The notes under the pieces are model-generated. The model saw only the letters and a list, made by a program, of their open reading frames with translations, did no database searches and had not been told where the DNA came from. A program made the position numbers and the translations under genes. From a virus (Duplodnaviria > Caudoviricetes), in IMG/VR virus record IMGVR_UViG_3300042549_003483, positions 1 through 62,459 of that record: DNA of 62,459 nucleotides. The stretch is one strand, 5' to 3'. Of this stretch, positions 10,065 through 19,929 are shown in pieces (position 1 is the first letter of the stretch; every line of letters begins with the position of its first letter).

Positions 10065-10181
10065 TGCGGACTTGACACTAGTCAGGTCCGCATTTAAGAC
10101 AACACTTTTAAAGACTACCTCACTAACAGGCCCCTTTACTGGACTACCCTGCCAACGAGCCTCTGTAAGAAGTGTGTGTCT
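10065..10181 (+). ncRNA. Candidate structured cis-regulatory RNA in the capsid 5' leader
   Basis: Hairpin TGCGGAC/GTCCGCA, then long stem 10097-10114/10162-10181 enclosing two CTAC-containing internal loops. Confidence 0.55.
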
Positions 10182-10216
10182 ATGAAAATAGCCATACATT
10201 CATTTTGGAGGTTCTT

Positions 10217-11155
10217 ATGGCATTTCCCGCAGCCCCCGGCTACGGCAACCTCCCTAACGGTAACTTTAGCCCAACGATCTTCTCACAGAAGGCACTAAAG
10301 GCATTCCGTAAGGTTTCGGTTGTAGAGGATATCACAAACACCGATTACTTCGGTGAGATTGCAAACTACGGCGACTCAGTTCGTATCATCAAGGAGCCAG
10401 ACGTTACGGTCGTTTCGTACGCCCGTGGCCAACAGCTAATCCCACAGGACCTGCTTGATGACGAGCTTTCGATGACCGTCGATCAGGCAAACGCATTTAG
10501 CTTCCTAGTTGACGACATTGAGCAGAAGCATAGCCACGTAAACTTTGAGACTCTTGCCTCAAATCGTGCTGCTTACAAGCTTAAGGATACTTTTGATTCC
10601 CATATTCTAAACCACATGGCAGTCAACGCAGGTATCGTTTCTGGTCTTGGTACCACGTCTGCTGCAATTGAGGTTCGTACTGGCGCTACTGGCGCTACTG
10701 AGTTCACCCCACTCTCCATTATGAACCGCGTTTCGCGTCTGATGGATCAGGCCAACATCCCTGAGGATGGTCGGTTCTGGGTGGCTGATCCCATCTTCTG
10801 GGAGCAGATGGGTGACGAGAACAGCAAGCTGATCAATCGGGACTTTGTTGCTGATGGCGACATGCTCCGCAATGGTCGTGTCACTGCCAACCGCATCCGC
10901 AACTTCACCTGCTACAAGTCGAACAACCTGCCTGTTGGCGGTACTGGTTCGGCTGCAACTTCTGGCGGCACCAACTACGGCACCATTGTCGTAGGTCACA
11001 TGTCTTCGACTGCGACCGTGAGCCAGATTGCAAAGACCGAAACGATCCGCTCACCTGACACCTTTGCTGACGTTGTTCGTGGCCTACACCTCTTCGGTCG
11101 TAAGGTTATCCGTCCAGAGGCTCTAGCGACTGTTCGTTGGCAAGTTGGTTCGTAA
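10217..11155 (+). CDS. Major capsid protein
   Basis: RBS ggaggt; GYGNLPNGNFSPTIFS, ITNTDYFGEI..YGDSVRIIKEP, FADVVRGLHLFGRKVIRPEAL. Confidence 0.93.
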   Translation: MAFPAAPGYGNLPNGNFSPTIFSQKALKAFRKVSVVEDITNTDYFGEIANYGDSVRIIKEPDVTVVSYARGQQLIPQDLLDDELSMTVDQANAFSFLVDDIEQKHSHVNFETLASNRAAYKLKDTFDSHILNHMAVNAGIVSGLGTTSAAIEVRTGATGATEFTPLSIMNRVSRLMDQANIPEDGRFWVADPIFWEQMGDENSKLINRDFVADGDMLRNGRVTANRIRNFTCYKSNNLPVGGTGSAATSGGTNYGTIVVGHMSSTATVSQIAKTETIRSPDTFADVVRGLHLFGRKVIRPEALATVRWQVGS

Positions 11156-11169
11156 AGGAGTATTGATTT

Positions 11170-11577
11170 ATGGGTACCCATGTTGCTAAGCAGTACCGCC
11201 CCAACGTTTACGTTGCTGAGCGGTACCTTGATCTTCGCCTTCCTGCTTTTGCACACACCGCTGGCGCTCTTCCGTTTACCGTAACTGGTATTTCGGTTCC
11301 TGCTGAGTCAATCGTACTAAATGCTGGTTATGAGGTTGTTACCGCCTCGACTGGCACTGGTACAGGCGCTATCTCAGACGGCACCACGACCTTCGTAACT
11401 GCTACTGCTCTGTCAGCGGCTGGTTACAAGACCCTTGGTGCAACACAGAAGGTGTTTGCTACTTCGGACACACTGGACCTTGTGATTGCTACGGTAATCG
11501 GAACTGACTCCGTGGTTCGTCTTTTTGCAACTATCGTTGACGTGGAAGATCGTCCGCGACCTGTTGCTGCTTCCTAA
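11170..11577 (+). CDS. Capsid decoration/minor head protein (putative)
   Basis: Strong RBS, directly after MCP, beta-rich Thr/Ala/Gly composition, followed by a terminator. Confidence 0.6.
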   Translation: MGTHVAKQYRPNVYVAERYLDLRLPAFAHTAGALPFTVTGISVPAESIVLNAGYEVVTASTGTGTGAISDGTTTFVTATALSAAGYKTLGATQKVFATSDTLDLVIATVIGTDSVVRLFATIVDVEDRPRPVAAS

Positions 11578-11585
11578 CGGAAATG

Positions 11586-11623
11586 AGGGTAGTCCAGCCC
11601 AACGGCGGGGCTACCCTTTTTTT
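11586..11623 (+). terminator. Intrinsic terminator of the capsid operon
   Basis: AGGGTAGTCC..GGGCTACCCT stem plus T7 run. Confidence 0.85.
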
Positions 11624-11633
11624 ATAGGCTGAA

Positions 11634-12323
11634 ATGGCGCTCACATTCCTTGATCTTACGAACACCACGCTGCGCCGATTAAACGAAGTTGAACTTACGC
11701 TGGACAATTTCGCTACCGTAGTAGGTGTTCACTCACAAACAAAAGACGCTGTTAATGCGGCTATTCGGGACATAATTGATATGCACCCCGAATGGCCTTT
11801 TATGCATTCTAGCTATACTCAGACACTCGTCGTCGGTACGCAGGAATACGCGCTGCAGACTTCCACAGACAAAGTGGATTGGGACAGCTTCCGCATCCTC
11901 CGTGACGATGCGAACGAGATTACGGCAAGTTACCTTAAGGCTATCGACTATAATCAATGGCTACAGCGTCGGTATGAAGAGGATGCACAGCGCAACTCAG
12001 ACAATCACGCAAAGCCAGTTTACATTTATCGCACACAGAATGATCGCTTTGGTGTAACACCAACGCCTGATAAGGCGTATCAGGTTCGCTACGAATATTG
12101 GATCACTCCGGTTGACCTAGTTGACTACGACGATGTTGCAGTAATTCCAGATCATTTTAAGAACGTTATTGTCGATGGTGCTATGTACCACACCTATATG
12201 TTTCGTGAGAATTTTGAGTCAGCCCAAAACGTCTTTGCACGGTTCAAGATCAAGACTGATCAGATGCGCCGTAAGCTGATTCCTCATCCCGATGCAATGC
12301 GAGATACGCGAGTTAAGTTCTAA
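11634..12323 (+). CDS. Tail tubular protein A / head-tail adaptor
   Basis: TFLDLTN..LRRLNEV, WPF, PTPDKAY, IPDHF..VIVDGA. Confidence 0.8.
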   Translation: MALTFLDLTNTTLRRLNEVELTLDNFATVVGVHSQTKDAVNAAIRDIIDMHPEWPFMHSSYTQTLVVGTQEYALQTSTDKVDWDSFRILRDDANEITASYLKAIDYNQWLQRRYEEDAQRNSDNHAKPVYIYRTQNDRFGVTPTPDKAYQVRYEYWITPVDLVDYDDVAVIPDHFKNVIVDGAMYHTYMFRENFESAQNVFARFKIKTDQMRRKLIPHPDAMRDTRVKF

Positions 12324-13870
12324 TGCCTGATCGTTTCAAAACGTTCCCCGTAGAGTGTCAGGGGGGTTTGTATGTAAACGCCAGCCCTCTTGACCTTGCA
12401 CAAAAAGTGCCGGGGGCTGGAACGATTCTTCTGAACTTTGAGCCAGATACACGTGGTGGCTATCGGCGTATCAACGGTTATACGAAATACAGCACGACAG
12501 AGGTTACTGGCGAGGGCCGTGTCTACGGTGTTGGCCTAGAGTATGGTCGCGTGTATGCTGCGCGAAAAACTGTTGGCGCTGCTACTTACGACATCTACTA
12601 CTCAACAGGCACCACATGGACAAGCGTCCTTACTGGACGTACGAACATCGCTGCAAACCAGCGTGTGCGATTTGTAAATTACAACATTACAGCCCCTTTT
12701 CTAATGGTGACTGATGGTACGAACCATGCACTGAAAGTGGCATCAGGCAGCACTACTGTCATCAATGGCACTGGTGCTCCTGCTGATCCCAAGTTCGCTG
12801 CTGAGTTTCGGTCGCGTATCGTACTGGCTGGATACAGTTCCAATCCTGCTGCAGTTATCCTGTCAGAACCCAACACCGACACAGGATTTCGCGTTTCTCA
12901 TGGCGCTATTGAGTTTAACGTCGGTGATGAAATTGCAGCTATTCGCTTTCATCGTGACGCGCTCTACATCTTCTGCCGAAACAGTATCAAGCGACTTGTC
13001 GGTAAAACTTCATCAGACTTTGCTGTCGAGGAAGTTACGCAGCGGCTAGGTCTGTATGCAGATGATACGGTTGAGGAAGTCAACGGCGATCTGTTGTTTC
13101 TAGCTCCTGACGGCATTCGTCCAGTCAGCCAGACAGAGCGGGTGGATGATGTTGAGCTAGGTACAATTAGCCGATCCATTCAACCGATTGTGCGTGAATT
13201 GATTGATATCTATGCCTCCAACGAGTTTGTAGCTGTTCCAATCCGTGCCAAGAACCAGTATCGACTGTTCGCATCTGACCCTGATATCGGTGATGGCGCT
13301 ACACAAGGCATCCTTGGCGGTCTTCGGAATGCGCAGAATGGCCTGACGTGGGAATGGTTTGAACTGACTGGTATCCGCCCAAGCTGTTGTGCAGCACGAA
13401 TCATCAACAGTGACGAACTGATTGTTCACGGCGGCTACGACGGCTTTGTGTATCGCCATGACACAGGTAACAACTTTAACGGCGGTGACATTGAGTGGGT
13501 TTACACAACGCCATTTTATGATGTTGGTGATCCTACGATTCGCAAGGCTCTCTACAAACTGGACGTATTTTTCCGCACTGAGGGTGCTGTAGGCGGTACG
13601 ATTCAGACGCTGTTTGATTACGATTCACCGACTGTTGTGTATCCGCCCCCGATCAACTTTAGCATTGGTGGTAACAACGTAGCAATCTACAACAATCCTT
13701 TTTCTCTTTATGATACTGCTGTGTATGATGAAGGACAGAATAACAAACCTACCTACAATCTAATTGGCTCTGGTGTTTCCTTTGCCTATCAGTTTGCAGG
13801 AGCGGACCAAAATCCGCCGTTCACTATTCAGTCCCACGTCACACAGTACAACGATATGGGTAGACGATAA
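12323..13870 (+). CDS. Tail tubular protein B / nozzle
   Basis: 515 aa, beta-rich, follows the adaptor; NFEPD..GGYRRI.G, GDL.FLAPDGIR. Confidence 0.8.
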   Translation: MPDRFKTFPVECQGGLYVNASPLDLAQKVPGAGTILLNFEPDTRGGYRRINGYTKYSTTEVTGEGRVYGVGLEYGRVYAARKTVGAATYDIYYSTGTTWTSVLTGRTNIAANQRVRFVNYNITAPFLMVTDGTNHALKVASGSTTVINGTGAPADPKFAAEFRSRIVLAGYSSNPAAVILSEPNTDTGFRVSHGAIEFNVGDEIAAIRFHRDALYIFCRNSIKRLVGKTSSDFAVEEVTQRLGLYADDTVEEVNGDLLFLAPDGIRPVSQTERVDDVELGTISRSIQPIVRELIDIYASNEFVAVPIRAKNQYRLFASDPDIGDGATQGILGGLRNAQNGLTWEWFELTGIRPSCCAARIINSDELIVHGGYDGFVYRHDTGNNFNGGDIEWVYTTPFYDVGDPTIRKALYKLDVFFRTEGAVGGTIQTLFDYDSPTVVYPPPINFSIGGNNVAIYNNPFSLYDTAVYDEGQNNKPTYNLIGSGVSFAYQFAGADQNPPFTIQSHVTQYNDMGRR

Positions 13871-16227
13871 TGGCAGGTTATGTACGGCAATCTGCTGCCT
13901 TGATTGTGGCCGGTCAAACTATCCGCGCTGCACATCACAACGCAGAGTACAATGCGCTACAGACGGCTTTCAGCACAGGTAGTGGACACAAGCACGATGG
14001 TACGGCAGGAGAGGGCGCTTACGTACCTCTTATTCGAGAGGGCGACACGTACATTGAAGTTGACGATACTGGCACTGGCCTAGCTCGTTTTGTAGTAGAT
14101 GGTGTTACACAAGCACAGCTTATTACACCATCTGTGCCGACGAATAACAACGAACTCGTTACGAAAACTTATGTAGACGGGGTTGCGTTTAACACATCAC
14201 TACCGTCTCAAACGGGTAACGCAGGTCGGTTTGTAACAACAAACGGTACTACTGCGTCGTGGGCGCTGCCGTTTGCAGATCAGACTGGTAATTCGGGCCG
14301 TTTTCTTACTACAAACGGGACAGCAACATCGTGGGCACTTCCCATTGCCGACCAGACCGGTAATTCTGGCCGTTTTCTTACGACAAATGGCGCAGTAACA
14401 TCCTGGGCATTGCCGCTTCCTGATCAAGCCGGCAATAGTGGTCGTTATCTTACGACCAACGGTTCTGCGGCTTCTTGGGCCAATGTTTTTGGTGGTTCCG
14501 GATCACTTACGACTGCCACAACTCTAACGTCATCATCATCCCGTGTTCAGTCCGTAGCAATGACAACTGACGCGCAGTCCGTCACTCTTCCTAGTGCTAC
14601 GACACTACTGACCGGTGGCCCGCAATTTATCCTAACTAATACAGGTTCACGCACGTTTGGAGTACGCGATACTGCTGGAACCCTGCTCGCCGCCGTTCCG
14701 GCCGGCGGGGTGGCCGAGTGCTACCTGCGGGATAATACAACTCCTGCCGGCACTTGGTCCGTCTCCGGCCGCGACCTCCAACCCGCCCTGACGATCTGCG
14801 ACGCGACGCTCGCCAGCACGTTGACGCAGACCGTCGAGGTGGCGGTGCGGCTGACGGACACGTTGAGCCTCCACTTCGCGCGCAACGCCTCGGGCCATCC
14901 GTTCGTGTTCGCGGTGGACCACTCGACGGCCCCGGCGACCGTCGGAACGGCGGTGCTGATCAATGCCACAAGCGGTTCCATTATCAGTGCCTTCCGCATC
15001 AGCAACACGAAGGCTTTCATTGTCTGCTCGTGGAACAGCCCGGCACCGCTCTACAACATCACTGTGAGTGGCACGACTTGCACGGTTTCATCCGGGGCGT
15101 CGTCGGGGTTGTGGGTTAACGCCACGTTCACTGGTGCACCGTTAATCGCGCAATGTGGTGCAAACATCGATCAGTTCGTCGTGCTGTACGCAAGTGGAAC
15201 CACCATCGGTGCCCAAGCCTGTGATGCAAGTGGTACAAATCCGACAGTGGGCACGCAAGTCAATATCTCAGCGCTCGGGTCGTCGGACGTCGGCGTCAGC
15301 GGCATCTATCGCGTGAGCGACACGACCGCGCTGGCGATCTACACCGACAACAGTGGCACCGCCGGCACTCCATTCTCGATCCGTGCGGTCGTGCTCTCGC
15401 TTTCCGGCACGACGGTCACAGTCAACACGCCGGCCGGGTTGAACGACGTGACCACTCAGGGATCGATGGCGCTGGCCAACTGCCAGCTGTCGGCGACGTC
15501 CTATATCGTCGGCTTCCTGGACGCGACGAACAGCGATCGCAGCGCCGTTCACATCGGCGTCTCCGGAACGACTGTGACTTTCGGCACCAAGTTTGCCGTC
15601 GAAGTCGGGACGTTCGGCGACAACAACACCTTCATGGACGGGAACTCCAACCGGTTCCAGCCGTTGCTGTATCCTTTGTCTGCTACGACCGCTTTGTACA
15701 CTTACGGCGATAATGGCGCCGCGGATCGCCATGTCGTCCTGACGAATAGCGGCGGAACTCTCACCGCGGGCACCATTCTGTATGGACTGTGCAACTTCGC
15801 GGCCGGCGGAAACTTCCCTCAAGCGAGCGATGGATTTCTCGCCTACAGCGCGGTGACGAGTGAGAACTCTTTCTCCGCGATCACAATCTCGGGAACCTCG
15901 CTTTCCGTAACTGGTACGTTCATCCGCGCTGATGTGATGCCTCAGGCGACCGCGGCTGCAATCTTCGGCTTGTCGGGTGGCGTTCGCGGGATGCAGCAAG
16001 GATCGGTGGGGTTAAACAGCTATGCGTATTGGAACCTGTTCCGGTTCCGCGCGAATGCCGCGCCGCAGTTCCTAGGGTCCGTAGCACTAAACGATCGCGC
16101 CCGGAACACGGCGAACACCCCTGTCGAAGTGGCGGCAAATAAAGTCGCCATAACCGGCCCGTCCATGACCGGCCCGAACGCAAGCGATACCTACGTCAAA
16201 CTGTCCATCCTGGAGTTCGCCGCATGA
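13870..16227 (+). CDS. Tail fiber / receptor-binding protein
   Basis: N-terminal GHKHDGTAGEG anchor, four 24-aa repeats, long Thr/Ser/Gly-rich distal region. Confidence 0.85.
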   Translation: MAGYVRQSAALIVAGQTIRAAHHNAEYNALQTAFSTGSGHKHDGTAGEGAYVPLIREGDTYIEVDDTGTGLARFVVDGVTQAQLITPSVPTNNNELVTKTYVDGVAFNTSLPSQTGNAGRFVTTNGTTASWALPFADQTGNSGRFLTTNGTATSWALPIADQTGNSGRFLTTNGAVTSWALPLPDQAGNSGRYLTTNGSAASWANVFGGSGSLTTATTLTSSSSRVQSVAMTTDAQSVTLPSATTLLTGGPQFILTNTGSRTFGVRDTAGTLLAAVPAGGVAECYLRDNTTPAGTWSVSGRDLQPALTICDATLASTLTQTVEVAVRLTDTLSLHFARNASGHPFVFAVDHSTAPATVGTAVLINATSGSIISAFRISNTKAFIVCSWNSPAPLYNITVSGTTCTVSSGASSGLWVNATFTGAPLIAQCGANIDQFVVLYASGTTIGAQACDASGTNPTVGTQVNISALGSSDVGVSGIYRVSDTTALAIYTDNSGTAGTPFSIRAVVLSLSGTTVTVNTPAGLNDVTTQGSMALANCQLSATSYIVGFLDATNSDRSAVHIGVSGTTVTFGTKFAVEVGTFGDNNTFMDGNSNRFQPLLYPLSATTALYTYGDNGAADRHVVLTNSGGTLTAGTILYGLCNFAAGGNFPQASDGFLAYSAVTSENSFSAITISGTSLSVTGTFIRADVMPQATAAAIFGLSGGVRGMQQGSVGLNSYAYWNLFRFRANAAPQFLGSVALNDRARNTANTPVEVAANKVAITGPSMTGPNASDTYVKLSILEFAA
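14200..14482 (+). repeat. Four tandem 72-nt (24-aa) repeats in the tail fiber
   Basis: Unit LPxxDQTGNSGRFLTTNGxxxSWA repeated four times. Confidence 0.9.
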
Positions 16228-16340
16228 CCACCCTCATCCTCGCCGGCGAGGTGATCGTCGCCGTGGCGAGCCTCGTTGAGACGACCGAGAGTAAAATTGC
16301 CAAACACAAATATACTATGGAGAATTATAATGGCTGTTAA
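16224..16340 (+). pseudogene. Truncated remnant of a foreign tail-fiber partner gene
   Basis: GC-rich MTTLILAGEVIVAVASLVETT.. resembles the N-terminus of the 16330 gene, then runs into AT-rich sequence and stops. Confidence 0.55.
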
Positions 16341-16710
16341 TATTGTTGTCGCTAATAAAATACTTATTAGCGTTGTAGAAAACTATGATATTACCGAAAC
16401 AGCCGTTGTATCCACAGAAGGTATTTTTCCTTTTAACGCCGGTGTAACAGGGGTCGTAAACGTAGCTGAACTCCCTTCGGATTTTTGTATCTCCAAGTAC
16501 GAATATGAGGAGGGGCAGCTAGTACGGCTGCCCGATCCAGAACCGGCGCCGACTACAAAGACAGAAGCTCAAAAACTTTTGGCGGAACTAGATAAAAAAT
16601 TCGACCCCCGCTGGTTTGAAGATTTAGTAACCGGCTCGCCTATGCATGACAGATATGTTGCGTGGTCTTCTCGTCGGGAGGAACTACGAGAGATTATTAG
16701 GAATGGATAA
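16330..16710 (+). CDS. Tail fiber assembly/chaperone-like protein
   Basis: RBS ggag; follows the fiber; C-terminal W..RREELRE. Confidence 0.6.
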   Translation: MAVNIVVANKILISVVENYDITETAVVSTEGIFPFNAGVTGVVNVAELPSDFCISKYEYEEGQLVRLPDPEPAPTTKTEAQKLLAELDKKFDPRWFEDLVTGSPMHDRYVAWSSRREELREIIRNG

Positions 16711-16714
16711 ATAA

Positions 16715-18109
16715 ATGTCAGAGTACAGTACGGAAGGCGGTGGCAATCCATTTGGTGATCCTGCCGACTCAAAAGCGGAGGCAATGGACAAAGACAGCCA
16801 GTCCGTAACTGGTCTTGGCGAATCTCCCGGCGCGTGGAACGACTATTCTGATAACGCAAAAGGCAGTGGTCCGGGCGATGCCAACATTGGTGGCGCGCCT
16901 GAAAATAATCTAAAAACCACATCTGCAACTGACCCCAGCAAAGAAACAGAGGAAGAAAAGAAGGCTAAAGAAACCTTCAAAGCTACCGTTCCTACAGTCG
17001 GCGGTCAGGATATTAACGCGTACATGCAGGGTCAGGCTACTGATCCTCGTCTACCTGCCGGGACACAGATCAATCCTGCAATGATCTACGACAGTCCCGG
17101 TATGAATGTTGCCAACGCTGACACTCTTCTAAATCCTAACGCTGCCCATCAGGCACAGGTCCATCTTGCTACAGCCACGACAGCCAAAGCCCCTGACAAG
17201 GTTGATGCTGCTACCTACGACGCTGCGACTATCGGTAAGGACGTTCCTCAGGCCGAAGCTGCTCAAGGTACGATGGACAAGATGGCTACCGTACAGGGCC
17301 AGCTATCCGGCCTTATGGAACAGTTTGAAGGTGGGAATAAGCCGGTCTGGGCACGGGCTGCAATGGAAGCCGTCGAGAACACGATGGCTGGTCGTGGTCT
17401 GGGTGCCAGTTCTCTAGCCGCTGGTGCGATTGTAGAAGCTGCAATGCGATCTGGTATCGACGTTGCCAAGCTAGACGCACAAAGCTACAAAGAACTTATG
17501 CTGGCTAATCTAAATAACCGCCAGCAGACAAATCTCGTAAACACACAGCTACGTTATCAGGCTATGGTTTCAGATGCGTCTATGGTGAACGCTGCAAAGC
17601 AGTTCAACGCCACTTCGCAAAACCAAGTCGGTATGTTCAATGAAAGCCTAAAGTCTGACATTGAAAAGTTTAACGTGCAGCAGGTTAACGCCATGGCTCA
17701 GTTCAACGCTGGCCAGCTTAACGCTGCAGAGCAGTTAAACGCACAGCTTCGTGAAAACCGGGCACAGACCTACGCCAAGATGCAGACTGAAATCAATCAG
17801 TCTAACGTCCAATGGCGTCGTCAGGCCAACATGGCTAATACTGCCATGATCAATGCTGCCAACGAAACCAACGCAATGAACTTGCTTGGTATTCAGCAGA
17901 CGGCATTGAACAACGTCTGGCAAGCCTATCGTGACGAGGCAGCTTGGGCATGGACTTCGGGCGAGAATGAACAGACTCGCGCCTACAACATGGCTATTGC
18001 CGCAATGGATCGTGACTATGCAAGTAGCGTCGGCACCAAGAACAAGCAAAATGCTCTGTATGGTGCTGCCGGTACTTTCGCTATCAACCTACTGGATAAG
18101 CTACTATAA
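16715..18109 (+). CDS. Internal virion/ejection protein (Q/N/A-rich coiled coil)
   Basis: ATVQGQL, RGLGASS, repeated AxQFNA. Confidence 0.7.
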   Translation: MSEYSTEGGGNPFGDPADSKAEAMDKDSQSVTGLGESPGAWNDYSDNAKGSGPGDANIGGAPENNLKTTSATDPSKETEEEKKAKETFKATVPTVGGQDINAYMQGQATDPRLPAGTQINPAMIYDSPGMNVANADTLLNPNAAHQAQVHLATATTAKAPDKVDAATYDAATIGKDVPQAEAAQGTMDKMATVQGQLSGLMEQFEGGNKPVWARAAMEAVENTMAGRGLGASSLAAGAIVEAAMRSGIDVAKLDAQSYKELMLANLNNRQQTNLVNTQLRYQAMVSDASMVNAAKQFNATSQNQVGMFNESLKSDIEKFNVQQVNAMAQFNAGQLNAAEQLNAQLRENRAQTYAKMQTEINQSNVQWRRQANMANTAMINAANETNAMNLLGIQQTALNNVWQAYRDEAAWAWTSGENEQTRAYNMAIAAMDRDYASSVGTKNKQNALYGAAGTFAINLLDKLL

Positions 18110-18348
18110 TGTTTGGATCAATTGCAACTGCCGTTATTGGCGCTGCTGCTAGCTCTTTTGGAAAGAGCAAAGGTGGCGGAACTCAAACCGTTCCACAAGA
18201 GGAAATGCCACGTCTCAAGACGCTTGGTATGTCCACCATGAGTCGGCCTATTGAGAGCACACAAACACAGCCAGCCAAGCTAGCTGATTATGATCGGATT
18301 GAGCAGAAGTGGCTTGGCCGCATGAACGCTTTTAGGAGCCTTGATTAA
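18109..18348 (+). CDS. Small internal virion protein (putative)
   Basis: 79 aa, translationally coupled, glycine-rich N-terminus. Confidence 0.55.
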   Translation: MFGSIATAVIGAAASSFGKSKGGGTQTVPQEEMPRLKTLGMSTMSRPIESTQTQPAKLADYDRIEQKWLGRMNAFRSLD

Positions 18349-18815
18349 TGTTTGAAGGTCCAATTCCTCTACAGTCTTTGACAACTCCTCCGGGTGGCTC
18401 ACCTTGGGAGCAGCCTCCCCGGCATGTTCGTGTTGACGAAGCTGCTGAGGAAATCTTTGAGCGCATCACCAATCCTGAGTCGGCAGCACAGCTATTTGCG
18501 CTGCTTGACTCTGGGATGAGTATCGAGGCTGTCACACGTATTATTCTGTTCTCTGGTTTTGTAAAGGGTCACTGGAACGTTGATCTAATGATCCTTCTTA
18601 TGAAGCCTGTCTATTACATGATTGCAGGATTGGCTGAGCGAGCCGGTATCAAGGCACGTGGTCCTGAGAAGGATCGCACTGCCTTAGACGATATCATGGA
18701 CGATCTGACCGATCTGAAGGCGTCTGAGCCGCAAGAAGACGCACCTACACCTGCACCAGCCCCTTCTAAGCTGGCACCAACTGGCGGTCTAATGGGCTTG
18801 CCCACGGAGGAATAA
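18348..18815 (+). CDS. Phage protein (putative virion)
   Basis: PIPLQSLT..PWEQPP..G.WNVD motifs. Confidence 0.6.
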   Translation: MFEGPIPLQSLTTPPGGSPWEQPPRHVRVDEAAEEIFERITNPESAAQLFALLDSGMSIEAVTRIILFSGFVKGHWNVDLMILLMKPVYYMIAGLAERAGIKARGPEKDRTALDDIMDDLTDLKASEPQEDAPTPAPAPSKLAPTGGLMGLPTEE

Positions 18816-19928
18816 TTGTCTGGATTTACATCATTTCTGACGGGTGCGCTCAATCAGATGAACCGTATGCACGAGGACGAGCGGGATAACGAACGTCGTT
18901 TTGCAGAGAAGTATGCGGCTCGTTTTGATGAGGCTTTGTCCGTCTACCGCACCAAGTCGGCGGCTGCTGATGAACGCCGCAAGCAAGGTGAGGCCATGCG
19001 TATGCAGGGTGTTCCTGATCCTGTCATTCGACAGATCATCCGTGGTCAACTCAAGCTGGAAGACTGGCAAGAGGGACGTGTCAAGCTTCGGAGCGGGCAG
19101 GTTATTGAAGCCGGTGCCCCTGATCCTGTCGTTCCTGACGGCCTAAGGCAGTCGCTTGCGCCTCAGCCAACTGGCCCAAGTGTGCCGGGGCAGGGTGCTC
19201 CTGCGCCTCGTGGGGATGATGTTTCCCAAGCTGGTCGTATGCTCTTTGGTCGCCGGTCTGGCCAGGAACTTATCGCTGCTGGTCGTCGGGCTACAGGTAT
19301 GGAAGATGGCATGATTGATCAGGTCATGTCTGGCAAGACACCTGATCCTGCGGAGTCGTTCGGCGGCGATCCTAACGCTACTGTCACGGTACAGGGTGAT
19401 CCGCTGGAAATCCTCGCTAAGCGCCGTCTACAGCCGGATGATTTCAAGGATCAGCCATCGTTCCAAGCTGCTATCGCTGCCCTTCGTGAAAACCCAAGTG
19501 CTGATATCAGCCAGTACATTGATCCGGAAGCTAAGGCACGTCGGGCTGCTGGAAGCCGTCAGGAACCTGCTAGTGCATGGCGTGAGAAAGAGATGCAGCG
19601 TCTCTACCAGATTATGTACGATCAAACCCAAGCTCCCGGAGCACGGCAAACGGCGCAGCAGCAATTCAATACGCTGACACGTATGACACCGAGTAACCAG
19701 CTTACACAAGGTATGCTGAATGAGGCTGGCATTCTTCCGGGTTTAGGCCCGTCTGATACACCGGCACCTACAGCAGCCGCACCTGATCCTACACAGGTAA
19801 AATCTGCAGCAGATCAAATTGCTCAGCAGAACCCGAATGATCGGGCAGCACGAGCAAGGGCTGTAGCAGGTTTGCCAGAGCCAATGCGTCGGCCAGTTGT
19901 TGATGAACTAAGAAAGATGGGAATGTAA
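18816..19928 (+). CDS. Internal virion protein (putative)
   Basis: 370 aa in the ejection-protein position. Confidence 0.6.
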   Translation: MSGFTSFLTGALNQMNRMHEDERDNERRFAEKYAARFDEALSVYRTKSAAADERRKQGEAMRMQGVPDPVIRQIIRGQLKLEDWQEGRVKLRSGQVIEAGAPDPVVPDGLRQSLAPQPTGPSVPGQGAPAPRGDDVSQAGRMLFGRRSGQELIAAGRRATGMEDGMIDQVMSGKTPDPAESFGGDPNATVTVQGDPLEILAKRRLQPDDFKDQPSFQAAIAALRENPSADISQYIDPEAKARRAAGSRQEPASAWREKEMQRLYQIMYDQTQAPGARQTAQQQFNTLTRMTPSNQLTQGMLNEAGILPGLGPSDTPAPTAAAPDPTQVKSAADQIAQQNPNDRAARARAVAGLPEPMRRPVVDELRKMGM

Positions 19929-19929
19929 C

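Noticed and set aside
13870-16227. Diversity-generating retroelement acting on the tail fiber
   Set aside because: No reverse transcriptase and no template/variable repeat pair seen; the repeats are ordinary in-frame 24-aa units.
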